From contig CAWKKR010000003.1 in the NCBI GenBank assembly GCA_963850305.1, positions 32,001 to 96,000 on the forward strand: a DNA stretch of 64,000 nucleotides, in the 5' to 3' direction. Made by a program: the position numbers and the translations under genes. Source of the DNA: an uncultured delta proteobacterium (lineage in GTDB: Bacteria; Myxococcota_A; Polyangia; Polyangiales; Polyangiaceae). The notes beneath the pieces are model-generated. The model was not told where the DNA came from. It saw only the letters and a program-made list of their open reading frames with translations, and searched no databases. Shown here in pieces: positions 12,738 through 23,613 of this stretch. Positions within the stretch are counted from its first letter, which is position 1; each line of letters starts with the position of its first letter.

Positions 12738-14132
12738 GTGCAGGTCGCGCCGATTCCGCCCGACGAGGAGACCCGGCTGGCGCTGCTCCGCGCCTGCAAG
12801 ATCATGTACACGCCCGCGGAGGAGGCGTTCGACGACGTGGCGCGCCTCGCGGCCGAGATCTGCGGCTCGGAGATCGCGCTCATCACGCTCGTCGACTCCG
12901 AGCAGCAGTGGTTCAAGGCGCGCGTTGGCGTCGCGCAGACGGAGACGGCGCGGGATCTCTCGTTCTGCGGGCATTGCATCACGCACAAGAACCCGATGGT
13001 GGTGCCGGATACGCACCTCGATCCTCGCTTCGCGGACAACCCGCTGGTCACCGGAGATCCGTTCCTCCGTTTCTACGCGGGGGTGCCGCTGCTCATCGGC
13101 GAGGGATCATCGGTGGGCGCGCTCTCCGTGGCAGATCGCTCGCCGCGCAGCATCACGCCACGCCAGCTCGACTCGCTCACGCGGCTCGCCGCCCAGGTCT
13201 CGCGGGAGCTCCGGCTGCGGCGTGACCTGGATCAGGTCAGCATGGCTGCCGTTGCATCGAGCGAGCTCCTCGTTGCTCCGGGCTCCGTCATCGACGGACG
13301 TTTCCGGATCGAGCGCGAGATCGGGCGGGGTGGGGTCGGCGCCGTCTTCGAAGCGCGGAACCAGACCGGCGACCGCGTCGCGATCAAGGTGCTCCTCCCC
13401 GAATGGCGGAATCAGGACGCGGTGCTGGAGCGATTCGCGCGCGAAGCCCGCGTGCTGATGCGGCTCGCGACACCGTACGTCGGCAAGCTCCTCGACGTCG
13501 GCAATCTCGCCATCGAACAGGGAGATCTGCCGTACCTTGTCCTCGAGTACCTCGAAGGGCGCGATCTCGAGAGCATCCTCGTCGAGTCCGGGCGCCTCGC
13601 GATTCACACGGCGTTCGCCTGGTGCGCGGACGCCTGTGAGGGTGTCGCCGAGGCACACGACCTCGGAGTCGTGCACCGCGACATCAAACCGTCGAACATC
13701 TTCCTCGCTGATGGTGACGGCGCCCCCACCGTGAAGGTCCTCGACTTCGGAATCGCCGCCGGGGAGCCGACGGCGGAGCGGCCCGTGGGCCTCACGCGGG
13801 CGGGCGGACTGCTCGGCACGCCCGCGTACATGTCTCCGGAGCAGATGCTCGCGTCGAGCGAGGTCGACCCACGCAGCGACATCTGGTCGATGGGGGTGCT
13901 CCTCTACCAGATGATCGCCGGGCGGCTCCCATTTCGTGGGAAGAGCGATCTAGAAGTGTTCTCGGCGGCGATGACGCGTCCGCCGTTGCCGCTCAGGCCG
14001 CAGCTCGAGGGCGAAGCGCCCCCCGACGTCGATCAGATCGTGTTCAAGTGCCTACGCAAGAACCGCGACGAGCGCTTTCAATCGATGCGCGTGCTTGCCG
14101 AGAGCCTTCGCGCCGTGGCGCTCGGGGCCTGA
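12738..14132 (+). CDS. GAF domain + Hanks-type Ser/Thr protein kinase
   Basis: GAF motifs DEETRLALL, QWFKA, SFCGH, DPRFADNPLV, RFYAGVPL. Kinase motifs GRGGVG, VAIK, HRDIKPSN, DFG, YMSPEQ. Confidence 0.9.
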   Translation: MQVAPIPPDEETRLALLRACKIMYTPAEEAFDDVARLAAEICGSEIALITLVDSEQQWFKARVGVAQTETARDLSFCGHCITHKNPMVVPDTHLDPRFADNPLVTGDPFLRFYAGVPLLIGEGSSVGALSVADRSPRSITPRQLDSLTRLAAQVSRELRLRRDLDQVSMAAVASSELLVAPGSVIDGRFRIEREIGRGGVGAVFEARNQTGDRVAIKVLLPEWRNQDAVLERFAREARVLMRLATPYVGKLLDVGNLAIEQGDLPYLVLEYLEGRDLESILVESGRLAIHTAFAWCADACEGVAEAHDLGVVHRDIKPSNIFLADGDGAPTVKVLDFGIAAGEPTAERPVGLTRAGGLLGTPAYMSPEQMLASSEVDPRSDIWSMGVLLYQMIAGRLPFRGKSDLEVFSAAMTRPPLPLRPQLEGEAPPDVDQIVFKCLRKNRDERFQSMRVLAESLRAVALGA

Positions 14133-14268
14133 ACGGTCGAGCACCTGGCGGGCTCGCACCCCTGCGCTCGATCGGGCTCGACGGACCAACAACGTTCCCA
14201 TCACGCTCGAGTATGGGCATAGTGCGGCGCTCGGCCCATCGCCGCGGGTGTCGAACGAAGGGGTCTTC

Positions 14269-15867
14269 ATGCGCTCACGAGGAACGCTTACTTCGCTGGT
14301 AGTCGCTGCTATCGCCTGTGCTGCCTGTAGCAGCAGCAACACACACACACGCTCGACGTCGGACGCCGGCACCGGCGGTCAGACCGGGGCAGGCGGTGCG
14401 ACGTCGGACTCGGGTATCGGCGTGAATCCTTCGGGATGCCCGAGCAGCGCGCCGGTCAACGGCACCGATTGCCCCGCGGCGACGGAACTTGGTGCGGCTG
14501 GGCCGGGGCCAGGTGGGCCTGGAGGGCCGCCTGGTACGGGAGGCTCGAGCACGCCGCTCCGGTGCGAGTACGCGAACCAGACCATCTGCGGGTGCGTACC
14601 GCCGGCCACGACCTCGGGCCCTGGCTCGACGACCGAGCAGTGGGACTGTGCCGTTTGCCCGGAGACCGAGCCCGCGGAGTCCTCGCCATGTCCGGCCGTG
14701 TTCGGCGTGGGTACCAACTCCTGCAACTACGGTGTGGTTCAGTGCACGTGTCCGGAAACTCCACCGATCCCCGGGGTTCCACCCGACGGATGGCGTTGCA
14801 GCGACCCGTACGACGCCGGCTACTTCGACACCTCCGGGGGCCCGACGGAGCCCATTCCGACGAAGAACCTCGAGTGGGTCTGGGTGGCTTTCCCGGACGC
14901 GAAGTGCCGTGACGGTTCGGTCGCTGGCATCGAGGTGAACGCCAACTCCGCCTCCGACAACCTCATGATCTTTCTCTATGGAGGCGGAGCGTGCTGGAAC
15001 GAGGCCACCTGCAACGGGAACCCGGCGAACTTCAATCACGAGGGCTTCAATGACTCGCAGGGTGTGTTCGACCGGACCAATGCTGCGAACCCAGTCAAAG
15101 ACTGGAACATGGTCTACGTGCCCTATTGCACGGGCGACGTGCACGCCGGAAATAACCCTGGCTTCGACGTTCCCGGCGTCGGCCCGCAGCAGTTCGACGG
15201 GTACACGAACCTGCAGCAATTCCTCGGGCGCATCGTGCCCACGTTCCCGAACGCGAAGAAGCTCCTCTACACGGGCTTCAGCGCCGGCGGGTTCGGCACG
15301 CTCCTCACGGTCGAGATGGTTGCGAAGAAGTTCCCGAGCTCGGTCGACATCTCCTACATGGATGACTCGGGTCCGGGGATGAGCAATTCCTTCATGCAAG
15401 CGTGCCTCCAAAAACAGAATCGAACCACGTGGGGCTTCGACAGCACTTTCCTCGAAGCGTGCGGCGCGGACTGCCCGGACCCCGACAATTTTCTCCTGGA
15501 TTACCCGAAGCACCTGTCGAAGACCTATCCGTCCCTCCGAGGCGGTCTGATCGAGACCGTCGCGGACGGAACCATCACAGGGTTCTTCGGCTTTGGCGCC
15601 AACGACTGCAACGTCGATCAGACGGCATTCCCGCCACCGATGAGCCCGGCGACCTTTCAAGCGGGGCTACTCGACTTCCGCGACCAGATGACCGCGCTCG
15701 TCCGCGACGGCGGCACGCCGAACTTCGGCACCTTCTATCTCGCGGGCACGCAGCACGGTTGGTTGCCGTCCGTGTCGCTCTATACCGGCAGCGCCGGCGG
15801 AACGAATCTCATCGACTGGTTCGCGGGCATCGTCAACGGCGGCGCGCCGACGAACGTCGGGCCGTGA
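14269..15867 (+). CDS. Pectin-acetylesterase/Notum-family hydrolase lipoprotein
   Basis: Lipobox ACAAC; CRDGS, FLYGGGACW, VYVPYCTGDVH, GFSAGG nucleophile motif. Confidence 0.8.
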   Translation: MRSRGTLTSLVVAAIACAACSSSNTHTRSTSDAGTGGQTGAGGATSDSGIGVNPSGCPSSAPVNGTDCPAATELGAAGPGPGGPGGPPGTGGSSTPLRCEYANQTICGCVPPATTSGPGSTTEQWDCAVCPETEPAESSPCPAVFGVGTNSCNYGVVQCTCPETPPIPGVPPDGWRCSDPYDAGYFDTSGGPTEPIPTKNLEWVWVAFPDAKCRDGSVAGIEVNANSASDNLMIFLYGGGACWNEATCNGNPANFNHEGFNDSQGVFDRTNAANPVKDWNMVYVPYCTGDVHAGNNPGFDVPGVGPQQFDGYTNLQQFLGRIVPTFPNAKKLLYTGFSAGGFGTLLTVEMVAKKFPSSVDISYMDDSGPGMSNSFMQACLQKQNRTTWGFDSTFLEACGADCPDPDNFLLDYPKHLSKTYPSLRGGLIETVADGTITGFFGFGANDCNVDQTAFPPPMSPATFQAGLLDFRDQMTALVRDGGTPNFGTFYLAGTQHGWLPSVSLYTGSAGGTNLIDWFAGIVNGGAPTNVGP

Positions 15868-16129
15868 GCAACGGGAGAAGCGGGCAAAGCGCCGGTCGAG
15901 CTCCGTTGGTTCGAATATCCGCGGCGCTGAGCCTGTCACGGCGCGGGAACGCGATAATCCGGGGGCGGTGAGGTCGATCGCGATCGACGGGACGGCGCGA
16001 TCGTTCGCGATACGTACGCAACGCTCGGGCCGGAGTCGATTGTCGTCGAGCCGGAGTTACCCGCTACGGATGCCGTGCTTGCGAACGCGGGGCCCGGAAC
16101 GCTCGATGACCGCGTAGTGTGAGCGTCGT

Positions 16130-17251
16130 TCAGCCGTCGATGTCGAGTTCGAGCAAGAGGCGGCCCACGAGGCGGGTCTGCGGTTTCTCCGGAACCGGGT
16201 GGTAGCGCGACGCCTGAATGTCGCGAAACAGGCGCTCCAGGCCGCCACGCCGGTAGAAGCCGCTGCCGCCGGACGCTTCCATCGCTTTCTCGACGGTGCG
16301 AGTCGCCGCGTTCACGAGGATGGTTCGACGGCACAGCGTGGCTGCGGTCGTCGCGGGTCCCGGCTTCGCGGTTCGGGCGAGGTCGACCATGCCGGCGTGC
16401 GCCAGCTGCGCCGTGACGAGCTGGTTCTCCATCTCCCCGAGCAAGAACGGCACGTAGGGATCTTCCCTTTTCTTCGCACAGAGCTTTATCGCGAGATCGC
16501 GCGCGGCCTCGGCGACGCCGAGGTAGGCAGCGTAGAAGACAGGGAGCGCTGCCATCGCCACCGTGTGCATGAAGGGGTGCCATTTGCCCACGGGGCGCCG
16601 CGTTCCGCCCATCGCCGCGTCGGGGACGAACACGCCTTCGAGCTGGACGTCTTGAGAACCGGTGCCGCACATGCCTAGCACCTTCCACGTGTCGAGGATC
16701 TTCACGCCGTCGGACTTGAGCGAAAGCGGGAAGTGAATCACGGTCGGGCCGTCCTTCGGGTCGTCGTAGACGCCGGTCGTCATGAGAATGTCGCCCGCGA
16801 GAACGCCGCTGCCGAAGATCTTGCAGCCGGTCATTCGAAAGCCACCTTCGACCTTCTCGAGCTTGCCGGAGCCCGCGAGCCAGTCGGAGCCCCCCGTGGA
16901 GACGAGCACGAGCTTCTCCGCCGCGACGCGCTTCAGCATGCCCTCCGGCGCCTTGTTTCCGCTCCGCCATATCCAGGCGAGCGTGGCGACGAGGTGCGTG
17001 TGCATCGAGACAGCAAGCCCCGTCGAGCTGCACTCGCGCGCGAGCACGCGGATCATCTCGCAGAGTTCCGCGTGCGACGCGCCGCCCCCACCGAGCTCCG
17101 CGGGGACGCCCGCGGCGAAGAAACCCTTCTCCTTTAGCGCGGCGTAGTTTTCGGCGACGAAGGTATCGCTCTCGTCGTGCTCCGCGGTTCGTGTGGCGAA
17201 TTCGGCGCCCATCTGACGGGCCAGTACGATCCAGTCGGTCTTTTCGGCCAT
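16130..17251 (-). CDS. Acyl-CoA dehydrogenase-family flavoprotein
   Basis: VPAELGGGG, GCKIFGSG, WKVLGMCGTGS, GGSGFYRRGGLERLFRD. Confidence 0.85.
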   Translation of the reverse strand: MAEKTDWIVLARQMGAEFATRTAEHDESDTFVAENYAALKEKGFFAAGVPAELGGGGASHAELCEMIRVLARECSSTGLAVSMHTHLVATLAWIWRSGNKAPEGMLKRVAAEKLVLVSTGGSDWLAGSGKLEKVEGGFRMTGCKIFGSGVLAGDILMTTGVYDDPKDGPTVIHFPLSLKSDGVKILDTWKVLGMCGTGSQDVQLEGVFVPDAAMGGTRRPVGKWHPFMHTVAMAALPVFYAAYLGVAEAARDLAIKLCAKKREDPYVPFLLGEMENQLVTAQLAHAGMVDLARTAKPGPATTAATLCRRTILVNAATRTVEKAMEASGGSGFYRRGGLERLFRDIQASRYHPVPEKPQTRLVGRLLLELDIDG

Positions 17252-17325
17252 GTTTGCCTCTCCCTAGAGCTCACCTTCGCGCCGCGGATGCGGTCGCGCG
17301 GCACCGCTCGACGGCACCGTGGTAT

Positions 17326-17348
17326 GATACATACCATCGGTATGTATC
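17326..17348. promoter_or_regulatory. Perfect palindrome GATACATACC-atc-GGTATGTATC, likely TetR operator
   Basis: 10-bp perfect arms, AT-rich, 75 bp upstream of the ACAD start and next to a minus-strand TTGACT. Confidence 0.7.
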
Positions 17349-17396
17349 GAGTCAAGAGGCGTCCAGTGGGCGTCACCGGCAGCACCGTGGATCGGC

Positions 17397-17672
17397 CTAT
17401 CGGTTCGCGGTATCTGGATTAATCATCGCGCGGATCTCGGAGATGAGGTTCGCGGGGATCCCCATGCAGCGCGCGTGTTCCTGGATTAACTCCGGATTGG
17501 GCGCGTCGTAGATGCAGTACATCTTGTCTTCGACGACGAATGTCTGCAGCCAGGTCAACCCGTGCCCGATCTCGCTGAGCACGCCGACGGACTTCCGCGA
17601 GATGACGCGTAGCTCTTCGGGTGAAAGCTCACCTGCTCCGGGGATCTCGCGTTCGATCACGTATTTCGGCAT
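17397..17672 (-). CDS. DUF4242 family small protein
   Basis: MPKYVIEREIPGAG...KMYCIYDAPNPELIQEHA...PANLISE; AGGAGG RBS upstream. Confidence 0.85.
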   Translation of the reverse strand: MPKYVIEREIPGAGELSPEELRVISRKSVGVLSEIGHGLTWLQTFVVEDKMYCIYDAPNPELIQEHARCMGIPANLISEIRAMINPDTANR

Positions 17673-17723
17673 CGTATCCTCCTGCTCGGTATGCTGAGCA
17701 GTATCGTTCGACGGACGCAGAGT

Positions 17724-18335
17724 ATGCCCGCCAAAACTCGAAAGAAAGAGTACGCGGAAGCCACGCAGGCGGCCCTGGTGGCGGTCGCCCGCGATCTCTT
17801 CGGGGAGAGGGGCTTCGCGGCGGTATCCATCGAGGAAATCGTCCAGGGCGCGCGCGTCACCAAGGGGGCTCTCTATCATCATTTCGAGGACAAGCAGGCG
17901 CTGTTCCGTGCCGTCTTGGAGGCGATCGAGAGCGAGCTTGCCGACCGGATGCGCGTCGCCGCCCGCCTGGAGACCCACCGCTGGGAACAGCTCCGCGCCG
18001 CCTGCTACGCGTACCTCGACGCGTGCCTCGAGCGCGACGTGCAGCGGATCGTCGTCCTCGACGCCGCGTCCGTGCTCGGGTGGCACACGTGGTGCGAGAT
18101 CGACAAGCGCTATGGCCTCGGTGTGCTCCGGGAGCGGTTCGACGCGGCGCTCGCGGCGGGCCTCATCGACCCGCAGCCGGTCGAGTCCGTCGCGCAGCTC
18201 GTGCTCGGCGCGCTCAACGTCGCGGGCCGCGTGATCGCGGAAGCGAAGAACCCGAACGAAGCGCGGAAGCAGGTCGGGGAGACGATCGACCGGCTGATTT
18301 CAGGGCTGCAGAAGAAGAAGGGAAACCGGCGCTGA
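17724..18335 (+). CDS. TetR/AcrR family transcriptional regulator
   Basis: ARDLFGERGFAAVSIEEIVQGARVTKGALYHHFEDK helix-turn-helix; divergent from DUF4242. Confidence 0.9.
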   Translation: MPAKTRKKEYAEATQAALVAVARDLFGERGFAAVSIEEIVQGARVTKGALYHHFEDKQALFRAVLEAIESELADRMRVAARLETHRWEQLRAACYAYLDACLERDVQRIVVLDAASVLGWHTWCEIDKRYGLGVLRERFDAALAAGLIDPQPVESVAQLVLGALNVAGRVIAEAKNPNEARKQVGETIDRLISGLQKKKGNRR

Positions 18336-18903
18336 GGGGCACCACGTCATTCCGTCGCCGTTCCCTCGACACGCCGCTGGGTCTCCTTGCACGCCGCCTG
18401 CGGGGCGAGATCGGATGCGATCGCGACGATCTCCGCCTTGGCCAGCTTCCCGGCGCGAAGAGTGCAGAGCCGCACCGCGTCCGACGCGATCGCCGCCCGC
18501 ATCTCGTGCACGGCGAGCAGTACGACATGTCTTCTTCGCCCGCTTTTGGGGCCCGTCGGCCCACATCGCCCCCACAGTAGAGGTAGCTCGTGAAGCCAGC
18601 GTGGCAGCCACCTCGTGAGCACTTCGGGATGCTCCCGTCGCACGTGCCGCCCTCGACCGCACTCGACGGACAGCAGTCGGTGTTGCCGGTGCCATCGTTG
18701 CAAGCGACGAGGCCGGAGCTGGACCCCCCGCTCGACTTGCTCCCTCCGCCGCTCGACGAGTCGCCACCGGATCCGGTCGTCCCGCCCGGTGCTGCGTCCG
18801 TGCCGGTGTCCACGTGCGTTCCGGTGCCGGTCGTCTGGCCGCCGCATCCGACGATGGCCGCGAAGCTCACGGCTACAGCGCCTCGGACTATGGATGTCGG
18901 CAT
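18214..18903 (-). CDS. Small Cys-rich lipoprotein; 3' end uncertain, possibly truncated
   Basis: Lipobox AAIVGC, Gly/Ser linker, Cys-rich segment. The tail after about 18570 looks non-coding and overlaps tetR. Confidence 0.45.
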   Translation of the reverse strand: MPTSIVRGAVAVSFAAIVGCGGQTTGTGTHVDTGTDAAPGGTTGSGGDSSSGGGSKSSGGSSSGLVACNDGTGNTDCCPSSAVEGGTCDGSIPKCSRGGCHAGFTSYLYCGGDVGRRAPKAGEEDMSYCSPCTRCGRRSRRTRCGSALFAPGSWPRRRSSRSHPISPRRRRARRPSGVSRERRRNDVVPLSAGFPSSSAALKSAGRSSPRPASALRSGSSLPRSRGPRR

Positions 18904-18971
18904 GACCCTGACGCACTGAATTCCGCGCCGCTGTTGCGCGCCGTGCGAGTTAAGTAGACCATCATGGGCGC

Positions 18972-19565
18972 ATGTCCGGGAGCCAGCGTGCCGTCGACGA
19001 GGTCAGCCGGTACTGCGATCTGCAGGAGCGACTCGCGATGCTGCCGCCGAGCGCGTCGCTCCGCGGCCTCTACTTCGGCGCGATCGAGCGCGTGCTCGCT
19101 CACGCGGGGAAACTCGACGAATATCGCGCCCTGTTTCCGGATCGATACTCGCCGATCCGATACTACCCGACGAAGGACTTTCTCGTCCGCCTGACGGTCG
19201 GGGGCGGTATCCTGAAGAGCCCGGCCGAGGTCCATCGGGGCATGTACGAGATTGGGCGGCTCAACGCGGTCGTGCTCTCGGAGAGCCTGCTGGGTGCGGT
19301 GCTCGTGCGGTTCCTTTCCCGCGATCCCGCGAAACTCCTGCAGCAGGGCGTCGCGAGCCGCCGCCAGAGCGTCTCGGTCGGTCGGTGGGAGCTCAGGTTC
19401 GAAGGCGAACACCGCGGTGTGATCGAAATGACCGAGGAATACTCGTACCTCGATTCGTACTTGCTCGGCGCGGGGGTCGGCACGTTCGAGGCCGTATCCG
19501 TGGCGGCGGAGGTCCGAGCGGAGGTCACGGACCGCTTCTCGGGGCGCCACGTCATCGACTGGTAG
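18972..19565 (+). CDS. DUF2378 / TIGR02265 myxobacterial family protein
   Basis: LQERLAMLPPSASLRGLYF, YYPTKDFL and YLLGAGVG-type pattern. Confidence 0.7.
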   Translation: MSGSQRAVDEVSRYCDLQERLAMLPPSASLRGLYFGAIERVLAHAGKLDEYRALFPDRYSPIRYYPTKDFLVRLTVGGGILKSPAEVHRGMYEIGRLNAVVLSESLLGAVLVRFLSRDPAKLLQQGVASRRQSVSVGRWELRFEGEHRGVIEMTEEYSYLDSYLLGAGVGTFEAVSVAAEVRAEVTDRFSGRHVIDW

Positions 19566-19609
19566 ACGGTCCGGACACGAATCGCTCGGCGAGGTATCCT
19601 CCGGCTGCC

Positions 19610-21110
19610 ATGGGCGAAGTCGGCGCGCTCATCTTGGTCCGCGATCCCGGGGCGCGGTCCGAGCTCACGGATCTTCTCGAAACGGTTGCCGTCGACATCC
19701 GGCCTCGCGCTCGCGTTTGCTTCCCTCGAAGGTGACCTCGGGCCCGCCGTCGCGCGCGCGAGAACGGCCGCGGGCGGCGGTCCCGTCGGGGTGATCGTCG
19801 ATGCCGACTCGGATGTCATCGCCGCGCTTCTCGCCGGCGCCGACGAAGCGGAGACGCTATCCTCGGTGGCCCCGAAGCCGTTCGCGCGGTTCGTCGAGCG
19901 CTTGCTGGTTCGAGCCAAGCTCCGAGCCGAAGCCGCCCGGCTCGGCGAATCGCTCGTGCACGCCGAGCGCTTGATGGCCCTCGGTACGCTCGTCGCCGGC
20001 ATCGCTCACGAGATCAACAACCCGCTCACCGCGGTCGACCTCGGACTGCAGGTGGTTCGAAAAGCGCTCGGCCCCTCCGCCCCGGACGGAAGCCTCGAGT
20101 CGCTCGGACCGCTCCTCGATGATCTCGGCAGCGCGACGGCCGCGATCGCCACGATCGTGCGCGATCTCCGCGTCTTCGCGACCACGGGCGCCGGAGAACC
20201 CGTCGAGCTCGTCGACGTCCGCGAGCTCGCGGACCAGGTCCTCCGTCTCGTCTCGAGACAGCTCTCGCACGCGATGGTCGAGCGCGACTACGCGGCCGTC
20301 GTACCCGCGCTCGTGTTACCGCGCAATCGGGTCGCGCAGGTGCTCGTGAACATCCTCGTCAACGCGGCGCAGGCCACTCGCGAGATCGAGCAGCCGATGC
20401 ACCGCGTTCGCGTTACAGTCCGCTCCGACGGCGAGTTCGTGGCCGTTCTGGTGGCGGACACGGGGCCCGGCGTGCCCCAGGAGCACGTCGCGCGCATCTT
20501 CAATCCGTTCTTCACGACGAAGCGCGAGCGTCTCGGCAGCGGCCTCGGGCTGTCCATCTCACGCGCGATTCTGAGGGACCTGGGCGGCGAGCTCACCGTA
20601 GAGTCGATGTTCGGCGATGGCGCGACCTTCCTCTGCTTGCTGCCCGTGCCGCCGCCCGATCTCGTCAAGAAGCTCGCCGCGTCCGCCTCCGTGCCCGGCA
20701 AGGAGCGAGAGCCCTCGCGAGCCCTGTCGATTCTCGTCGTGGAAGACGACGCCCGCGTCGCGCGGTCCTACTTCCGGCTCCTCGATCCCCCGCACCGCGT
20801 GCTGCTCGCCGCGGACGCTCTCGAAGCGCTCGAGTTCCTGAACTCCGGGATCGAGCCCGACGTGATCCTCCTCGAGCTCGATCTGCCCGAAGCCGGCGGC
20901 GCGGGGCTCCTCGCCGCGATCGACGAGCGCTGGCCGGAGCTCGCGTCGCGAGTCGTCGTCACGGCGTCGGCTCCGCGCGCGGACTACGGCGGCCTTCGCG
21001 CCCATCCGCTGGTGGTCGAGAAACCCGTGAGTGGCGACGTTCTCCAGGCCGCGCTCCGAGAAATCGGCGCTCGCCGGCGCGGGATGAAGGGCGTCAGTGG
21101 GACATCGTGA
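19610..21110 (+). CDS. Hybrid sensor histidine kinase with C-terminal receiver (apparent +1 frameshift near 19700)
   Basis: AGIAHEINNPL H-box, NILVNAAQA, DTGPG, PFFTTK, GSGLGL, C-terminal ILVVEDD receiver. N-terminus from ATG 19610 rejoins if one C in GACATCCGGC is removed. Confidence 0.85.
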
Positions 21111-21255
21111 ACATCACCGGAGCGGCCCGTCATGACGGCCTCCGCGACGATCGCCCCGAGGACTCCGTTCACGAAGGGCTGGCGCCTGCGTCGATGACGG
21201 AAGGGCTTCGTCGCTGCCGGGCACGAGGACCGTTCATCGCTGGAGCAGCGTGATC

Positions 21256-22795
21256 ATGAGACTCGTGAAGACCGGATGGAACAGGGGGCCAGCACAGCTC
21301 CTCCCGTCGCTCCTCAGCGTCGCACTGTCCGCCGCGGCGATTCTGGGTCGTCCTCCAGCCGTTTGCCACGTTCATCGGCGTGGCACTCGTGCGCCTGCGC
21401 TACCCCTACGAACTCGAGTGGATGGAGGGCGGCATCGTCACGCACGTGCAAGTAGTTCTTTCCGGACGGTCCATCTACCGCGCGCCTTCTCTCGACTTCA
21501 CGCCGTTCATCTACACGCCCCTCTACTATTACGTGTCGGCGCTCGTCTCCCTGGTGGTCGGTGAAGGGTACTTCGCGCCGAGGCTCGTGTCGTTCCTCTC
21601 CATCCTGGGCGCCTTCACCATCATGGGGTACTGGGTGCGACGCGAAACGGACAGTATCGTCGCCGCGTTCGCGGCGATGGGGCTCTTCAGCGCCACCTAC
21701 GCCGCCACCGCTTTCTGGTTCGACATCGCGCGGGTGGACTCTCTCTTCGTGCTCTTGATCGTAGCGGGTTTTGCGCTCTGCCGCTTTGCGGGATCGACGC
21801 AGCTAGCCGCGCTCTCGGGCGTCGTCTTCGGCATGAGCTTCCTGGCGAAGCAGAGCGGCCTCGTGATCGCGGTGCCCGCGCTGCTGCATCTCGTGCTTCG
21901 GGCACCGCGCCGCGGCCTCGTGGCTGTCGCTTCCTTCTTGCTCGTGGCGGGCGCCGGGTTCCTGGCCTTCCAGTTCGCATCGCACGGCTGGTTCTACTAC
22001 TACGTCTTTGAGGTTCCCTCGCGGCACCAGATCCTCTGGGGCGACGTCGACAAGACGCTCCGGGACTACTTCTGGTCGCCGGTCGTCCTATTTTCGCTGG
22101 CCGGCGTGGCCGTGGTTTCGGGGATCGGCTTCTTCGGCGGCCGCTTCCGGGACTGGCTGCTCTTCGCTGGCTTCGTGATCGTCACGTGCGGGACATCGTT
22201 GGTTTCTCTGCTCCACACGGGTGGCTACCCGAATGCGCTCATCCCCGCGTACGCGGCGCTCTCGATCGCGTTCGGTATCGCGGCAGGCGCGCTGCTGCGT
22301 GCAGCCCGCGGCGGCGCGTTCGCGGATGTCTCCGCGCGCGCTTTCGTGCTCGTAGCCGTGCTCCTCCAGCTCGCCCTCTTGTCCTACGACCCGGCGCGAG
22401 CCGTTCCCACCGAGCGTGACCGTCTCGTGATGGATAACGTGATGCGGCGGCTCGCCAAGTTGCCCAGGCCGCTGTTCATCACCGCCTCCAGCTACTACGG
22501 CGTGATCGCGGGACAGCCGGACATCGTCACCCCCACGATGGGCCCAGTCGACGTCTTCAAGGCTTCCGGCCGCGTGGCGCAGCGGCTCCACGCAGATCTG
22601 GTTCGGCAGATCCGTGGCCACCGCTTCCGCACCATCGTCCTTGATCGCGCCGCCGGGTTCTTGCCGCCGGATCTCGTCAACGAGATCCACGGGAGCTATC
22701 ACCAGACCGGCCGACTCTTCACGAGCAGAGAGCGCGACATCTGGCCAAGGAGCGGCGCCTCGATTCGTCCGGACGAGGTCTGGCAAGCAGACTGA
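21256..22795 (+). CDS. ArnT/GT39-like (GT-C) membrane glycosyltransferase (apparent +1 frameshift near 21345)
   Basis: YPYELEWMEG, YTPLYY, ARVDSL, AKQSG, many TM segments. Upstream TM segment rejoins across CTGGGTC. Confidence 0.75.
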
Positions 22796-22857
22796 CGCGG
22801 GAATCGCCCGATCGTCGCCGCTGCATTCGGGCGGGCTGACGCCGGTGACCGCGACGT

Positions 22858-23613
22858 TCACATGCGGGAGTTCATGTGAACGAAGCCGTTCTGTAGCTCC
22901 GCCCGGGAGGCGTTCAGCATGCCGAGCGTCATGCCGTAGCCGATCTCGGTAGTGCCGCTCTCGAGGCCTTTCATGACCGCGGCCACGAACGGCTCCGGCG
23001 CGAGATCGGGCTTGAAACCGCCACGCCTGGCACGCCCTTCGGGGTTCAGCTCGGTGTCGACGGATGGCGGCACGACCTCGAACACCTGGATGCCGAGCCT
23101 GGAGAGCTGAAACCTCAGCGCCATCGTGAAGGCGTGGATGCCGGCCTTGGTCGCGGAATAGACGGGCATCTTCGCCGCAGGAATGAAGCCGAGCCCCGAG
23201 GATACGTTGATGATCGCGGCGTTGTCCCGGCCGGCCAGGAGCGGCGCGGCGAGCGCCGAGAGGACGATGGGAGCCTTCAGATTGACCGCGATCTCGTCTT
23301 CGCCTCCCTCGAGCTCTGCCGCACCGCCACCGAAGGCGATGTCCCGCTGGATGCCCGCGTTGTTGACGAGCACGTTGAACCTGGGAAATGTGTCCGCGAC
23401 CCACTTCATGAGCGCCTGACGTTCTTCCGCATTCGCGATGTCGCATGCCTTGATGAGGAGTGACGGACGCCGGGCGCGCGCCTCGTGTAGCCGCGCCTCG
23501 CGCCGGCCGCAGATGACGACATCACTGCCGGCGTCGACGAATGCCTCGGCCATCGCGCGGCCGATGCCCGTCCCGCCGCCGGTGATCAGCACCGTGTTAC
23601 CCGAGAGTCGCAT
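22858..23613 (-). CDS. Short-chain dehydrogenase/reductase (DltE-like)
   Basis: TGGGTGIG, NNAG, YSATK. Confidence 0.9.
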   Translation of the reverse strand: MRLSGNTVLITGGGTGIGRAMAEAFVDAGSDVVICGRREARLHEARARRPSLLIKACDIANAEERQALMKWVADTFPRFNVLVNNAGIQRDIAFGGGAAELEGGEDEIAVNLKAPIVLSALAAPLLAGRDNAAIINVSSGLGFIPAAKMPVYSATKAGIHAFTMALRFQLSRLGIQVFEVVPPSVDTELNPEGRARRGGFKPDLAPEPFVAAVMKGLESGTTEIGYGMTLGMLNASRAELQNGFVHMNSRM

